DNA from: an uncultured bacterium
GTDB taxonomy: Bacteria; Zixibacteria; MSB-5A5; GN15; FEB-12
Assembly (NCBI GenBank): GCA_965372795.1
Contig: CBDVDR010000027.1
Location: forward strand, 1-29,469
DNA length: 29,469 bases
Direction: 5' to 3'
Of this stretch, positions 25,717 through 29,469 are shown one piece after another. A program made the translations under genes and the position numbers. The notes beneath the pieces are model-generated. The model had not been told where the DNA came from and did not search any database. It saw only the letters and a program-made list of their open reading frames with translations. Position 1 is the stretch's first letter. Every line of letters begins with the position of its first letter.

Positions 25717-26940
25717 GTGAATCAATTTTACAATAAATTATTTATCTATTACTCAGCTCTTATATTTTTACCTGCGATTTACCGGCTGGTGCTGCCACCC
25801 TCACTTGGTGATTTAAGTTATTATATAATTGCATTTTTGTTTCCATTATTAATTTTTATTTATTATTTCATCAATCACAAAATTAATATTTCAATCTTAT
25901 ATTCTTTTTTAAGCATAATTAGTGTTATAACGATCTCTTTAATGCTTTCCTGGATGAATCCTTCAATCGGACATATAACCTGGTTTACGACGATTCAAGG
26001 ATTTAAATATTACTTAGTACCCATGTTAATATTTTTTGCCGGTTATCAATTTGGCGGTAATGTTGACAGGCAAAAACTTTTGAATACAATTATTGCAATA
26101 TTTGTCATTCAACTTTTGTTTTCGCTAATATTTTATTATGAAATTATTCAAAATCCGATTTATAACGAATTTTCTGATTTATACCGGGAAAACTGGGTTG
26201 TTACCACCGGAGAATACAAAGCTTTTACCGGCTTGACTCTTTCAAAATTCAGTTTAGCTTATCAAGTTGGTTTTATAGTAATATTTATGTTACTTTTAAA
26301 AGATAATTATAATTTTGACCGATTTAAGTATTTAACAGTACTGGTGATTGGTTTTATAATTGTAGTCTTTACCTTTAATAAAACGATCATGGTTGTCATT
26401 CTAATTACAATTTCCTACTTAATTTTTAAATACACAAAAGTGAAATCGAAAGCCATCGGTTTTACCGTGATGCTTATTTTATTAACCGGAATTGTGTACA
26501 GTGGACTTCTGTTTTTCACCGGAGAATTGAATCTATTTGAAATTTATAAATTTTTATCACCCAGTACGTTTTTCTCCCGGATAGATCGCTGGCAGGAATA
26601 TTTTCAATTTGACCTGTTAAGTATTTTAGCGGGCAAAGGCGCCGGGTATTTTGATCAAAATAATATCACTCTTGATAATCAATTTCTATATACTTATTTA
26701 GAAATGGGACTATTTGGTTTTTTGATTTATTTTGCTTCATTTTTCTATTTTTTATATTATTTTTCACCGAAAAATTATATTTTCCGAATGACTGTTCTAA
26801 TTTTACTGATGATATTTGTAGGGGGAGATATGCTTGGTTTGCCAGTCATTATGTATGTGATAGGAATATATTTTGGACAGTCAAATCAGAATGAGAGTCT
26901 GCCGGGTAAAAAAGTGAAATTGATTAGTCATGCGAATTAA
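25717..26940 (+). CDS. wzy: Wzy-type O-antigen polymerase / ligase-like membrane protein
   Basis: About 11-12 TM segments. SRIDRW...GKGAG...DNQFLYTYLEMGLFG is a Wzy_C-like motif. Very AT-rich and inside a wzx locus. Confidence 0.7.
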   Translation: MNQFYNKLFIYYSALIFLPAIYRLVLPPSLGDLSYYIIAFLFPLLIFIYYFINHKINISILYSFLSIISVITISLMLSWMNPSIGHITWFTTIQGFKYYLVPMLIFFAGYQFGGNVDRQKLLNTIIAIFVIQLLFSLIFYYEIIQNPIYNEFSDLYRENWVVTTGEYKAFTGLTLSKFSLAYQVGFIVIFMLLLKDNYNFDRFKYLTVLVIGFIIVVFTFNKTIMVVILITISYLIFKYTKVKSKAIGFTVMLILLTGIVYSGLLFFTGELNLFEIYKFLSPSTFFSRIDRWQEYFQFDLLSILAGKGAGYFDQNNITLDNQFLYTYLEMGLFGFLIYFASFFYFLYYFSPKNYIFRMTVLILLMIFVGGDMLGLPVIMYVIGIYFGQSNQNESLPGKKVKLISHAN

Positions 26941-26961
26941 TACAAATATGAGAATTAATTG

Positions 26962-27972
26962 ATGAGTTCAGATATAAAAGTTTCGATAGCGGTGGTTGTG
27001 ATGGAATATCAGATTCAGTATTTGGATAAGCTGATCGCCTCAATTGAAAACCAATCGCATAGAAATATCGAAGTCGTTTTAATAGATAAATCAAAAGATG
27101 GAATTGTTAGTAATTATATTGTCGGGAAGAATTATAATTCAGCCTTTAATGTAATAATATTTCCACAGCCGGGCGGATTTGCCGAGAATTACAATAGAGC
27201 AATCCGGGAAAGTAGCGGCGAATTTATATTTGTGTTGAATCTGGACACATATTTAGAACCTGACTGTATTGAAAAGTTGATTGAGGCAATGGCAATTAAC
27301 AAGCAGATTGGGTGTGTGTCGCCAAAGATAATCAGAATGGATGAAGATTTTCAAGTTTACAATCCAAAAATATTCGATTCAACCGGAATGTATCTTACCA
27401 AATATCTCAGACATCATGATCGTGGCGCCGGTGAAGTCGATGCCGGACAATTTGATGATCTCTGTTATGTTTTTGGAGTGACGGGAGCGGCGGCATTTTT
27501 CCGGAAAGAATGTCTTGATGACATTAAAATTGAAGATCAGTATTATGATGAAAATTTCTGGTCTTATCGTGAAGATGCTGATTTATCCTGGAGACTTCAA
27601 AACTATGGCTGGGTTTGTTTGTATCAACCGGAAGCGGTTGTAAATCATGTAAGAACTTTGAAGCCCGGTAAACGTTCGCTGAATTCCAGAAAAGCGAATA
27701 TGCATAGTGTGAAGAATCGATATTTGTTGCTGTTTAATAACATATCGTTAACTAATTATTTTAAATATTTTATATTTATATTTCTGAGAGACATCGTTGT
27801 TATTGGCGGTGTTGTGATTAAAGAACAGTATTCGTTAGAAGCTTTTTATCTTTTAGGGAAAAATTTCAAGCAGTATTTGAAGAAAAGGAAACATAACAAA
27901 TTGATGTCAAAAGCTGACAGGTGTGCCTTTTGGTTCAAACATAAAGAAGTTTCTCTCACTGATAAAGTGTGA
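26962..27972 (+). CDS. GT2 glycosyltransferase (rhamnosyltransferase-like)
   Basis: GFAENYN, VLNLDT, GVTGAAAFFR and FWSYREDADLSWR. Confidence 0.88.
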   Translation: MSSDIKVSIAVVVMEYQIQYLDKLIASIENQSHRNIEVVLIDKSKDGIVSNYIVGKNYNSAFNVIIFPQPGGFAENYNRAIRESSGEFIFVLNLDTYLEPDCIEKLIEAMAINKQIGCVSPKIIRMDEDFQVYNPKIFDSTGMYLTKYLRHHDRGAGEVDAGQFDDLCYVFGVTGAAAFFRKECLDDIKIEDQYYDENFWSYREDADLSWRLQNYGWVCLYQPEAVVNHVRTLKPGKRSLNSRKANMHSVKNRYLLLFNNISLTNYFKYFIFIFLRDIVVIGGVVIKEQYSLEAFYLLGKNFKQYLKKRKHNKLMSKADRCAFWFKHKEVSLTDKV

Positions 27973-28003
27973 ATTTATTTCCCAATTTCGTTGAAAATAA
28001 TTC

Positions 28004-28111
28004 TTGCAAATCGAGCCAGATCAGCCCATATTCACAGTGCGACCGTATAGTACTGTCGGGCATGGTATTAGCGGGCGGGCGATACCGCTTGTTTCCGGCA
28101 TCATTGTTGCG
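28004..28111 (+). promoter_or_regulatory. Putative promoter followed by a GC-rich structured leader or small RNA upstream of wzz
   Basis: TTGCAA (28004-28009)-N17-CATATT (28027-28032), then a GC-rich ~75-nt tract with several possible stems inside AT-rich flanks. Confidence 0.35.
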
Positions 28112-28158
28112 TATTTTATTTTTAGTAATTATAATATTTTAATTAAAAAACAGTAGGT

Positions 28159-29259
28159 ATGAGAAATTCTTATAATAATAACGACGATTTTCCTAATTTA
28201 GGGCGTGAAGGCTCAAGTGAGATAACTTATCGGAATAATGAGATCAGTATTTTTGAGCTTGGTTCTTTGTTGTTAAATAAACGTAAACTTTTTTATTATA
28301 TAATGGTGCCGGTATTTCTGCTTTCGATTGTCATTCTGTTATTAACACCTAATAAATATGTTTCATCTGCTTCTATTTTACCATCGGGTCAGGTAGATAA
28401 ATTTTCGGAATTAAAGTCATTTGCGGGGCTGGGATCATTTTCATCGAGTAATGAAAATTCTTCGGAATTATATCCGATCATATTAAAATCGAATCAGATT
28501 AAAACATCACTTCTTGAAAAATCATATTTATTCAAAGATGGCGATAAGGAATCACAAATTACTCTTGATGAATATTTTGGTATTGAACTGATTGAGAGAG
28601 ATAAATTGTTTGCGGCGATTGGGAACCTTGCCGAGATAACTGTCGATAAAAAGACGGGTGTTATTAAAATTGCAATCGAGACGGAGTCACCTGAATTTTC
28701 TCAAGCGATTCTTGAGCAATATATAATCGAACTTGAAAATTTTAATACTAATAAGCGCCGGACCCATGCTAAGGATAATGTTAAGTATTTAACCAAACAG
28801 TTGAAGATAAAAAAAGATGAATTAGAGATATCTCAGAACAATATGCAGCAATTTCAATTAACTAATAGAGATTGGGTGATTTCGACAGATCCATATATAA
28901 TATCACAATTAGCACAGTTTAAATTAGATTTGGAAATGAAAGTTGCAGCTTATACATTTTTGAATAAAGAATATGAATTAGCCAAGTTTGAGTCTCAAAA
29001 GGATACTCCAATTGTACAGTTATTAGATCATCCCTCGCTGCCAACGCAAAAATCGGGACCATTCCGGCTTTTGATATTAATATTGATTTTAATTTCCACC
29101 TTTGCAGTGACATTAATTTCAACTTTGACTTATGATATCTTAAAAAAAAAGGATGATTTGTTAAAGGACGTATATTATAAAAATTTAAAAAGTGATTTTT
29201 CAGCATCATTTCCAAGAATTAACCGAATAGTATCGAAAAGTTTGAAAAAAATGGTCTGA
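28159..29259 (+). CDS. wzz: Wzz/GNVR-type polysaccharide chain-length determinant (co-polymerase)
   Basis: N-terminal TM followed by Y.SSASILP, a coiled-coil periplasmic region, and Pro-rich LLDHPSLPTQKSGPFR before the C-terminal TM. No kinase domain. Confidence 0.8.
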   Translation: MRNSYNNNDDFPNLGREGSSEITYRNNEISIFELGSLLLNKRKLFYYIMVPVFLLSIVILLLTPNKYVSSASILPSGQVDKFSELKSFAGLGSFSSSNENSSELYPIILKSNQIKTSLLEKSYLFKDGDKESQITLDEYFGIELIERDKLFAAIGNLAEITVDKKTGVIKIAIETESPEFSQAILEQYIIELENFNTNKRRTHAKDNVKYLTKQLKIKKDELEISQNNMQQFQLTNRDWVISTDPYIISQLAQFKLDLEMKVAAYTFLNKEYELAKFESQKDTPIVQLLDHPSLPTQKSGPFRLLILILILISTFAVTLISTLTYDILKKKDDLLKDVYYKNLKSDFSASFPRINRIVSKSLKKMV

Positions 29260-29340
29260 ATGATTGTATATTGTTTATAATATTTCTGATTTAGTAAAAA
29301 ATTCCATTGATTTATTGATAAAATTTATATATTATCTGCA

Positions 29341-29367
29341 AGCCCTTTAAAAAGGGCTAATTTTTTT
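29341..29367 (+). terminator. Putative intrinsic terminator
   Basis: AGCCCTTT-aa-AAAGGGCT followed by aaTTTTTTT, between wzz and tRNA-Tyr. Confidence 0.6.
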
Positions 29368-29416
29368 AATCTTAATTATTAACTAATTGAGTTTAAAGAC
29401 GATCAAAAATATATGT

Positions 29417-29469
29417 GGTGGGGTTCCCGAGTGGTCAAAGGGAACAGACTGTAAATCTGTCGGCGAAGC
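29417..29469 (+). tRNA. tRNA-Tyr (GTA), 3'-truncated by the window edge
   Basis: GGTGGGG-TT-CCCGAGTGGTCAAAGGG D-arm, anticodon arm ACAGA-CTGTAAA-TCTGT, and the start of a long variable arm GGCGAAGC. Confidence 0.9.

Noticed and set aside
28060..28090. ops/JUMPstart element or fluoride/c-di-GMP riboswitch
   Set aside because: No GGCGGTAG core or riboswitch consensus found by eye. Kept only as an unknown structured element.

Overview
AT-rich bacterial chromosomal window, standard code 11 (TGA ends several ordinary genes). A C-terminal dockerin-like module suggests candidate phylum Zixibacteria or a related FCB lineage (inference). From left to right: a 5'-truncated membrane protein with a degenerate YhfC/PrsW-like domain; a minus-strand HesB/IscA-like selenoprotein (1564..1244, in-frame UGA at codon 35 plus a SECIS-like hairpin) that the ORF track truncates; a four-gene operon (GlmU-like nucleotidyltransferase/hexapeptide protein, GalT/ADP-glucose-phosphorylase-like enzyme, glgA, GT-C glycosyltransferase with TPR); tRNA-Gly and tRNA-Cys; a secreted dockerin-like protein; hisS; a minus-strand alpha/beta-hydrolase between two REP-like repeat clusters; a ROK kinase and a small membrane protein; tRNA-Phe; a ~15 kb Wzx/Wzy surface-polysaccharide locus (rmlBADC, glycosyltransferases, a nonulosonic-acid module resembling KDN synthesis, wzx, wzy, wzz); and the start of tRNA-Tyr. 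Best leads are the hidden selenoprotein, the glgC-less glycogen operon, the KDN-like module with two non-canonical HAD phosphatases, and the repeat-bracketed hydrolase. All family calls come from motif recognition by eye; no database search was run.
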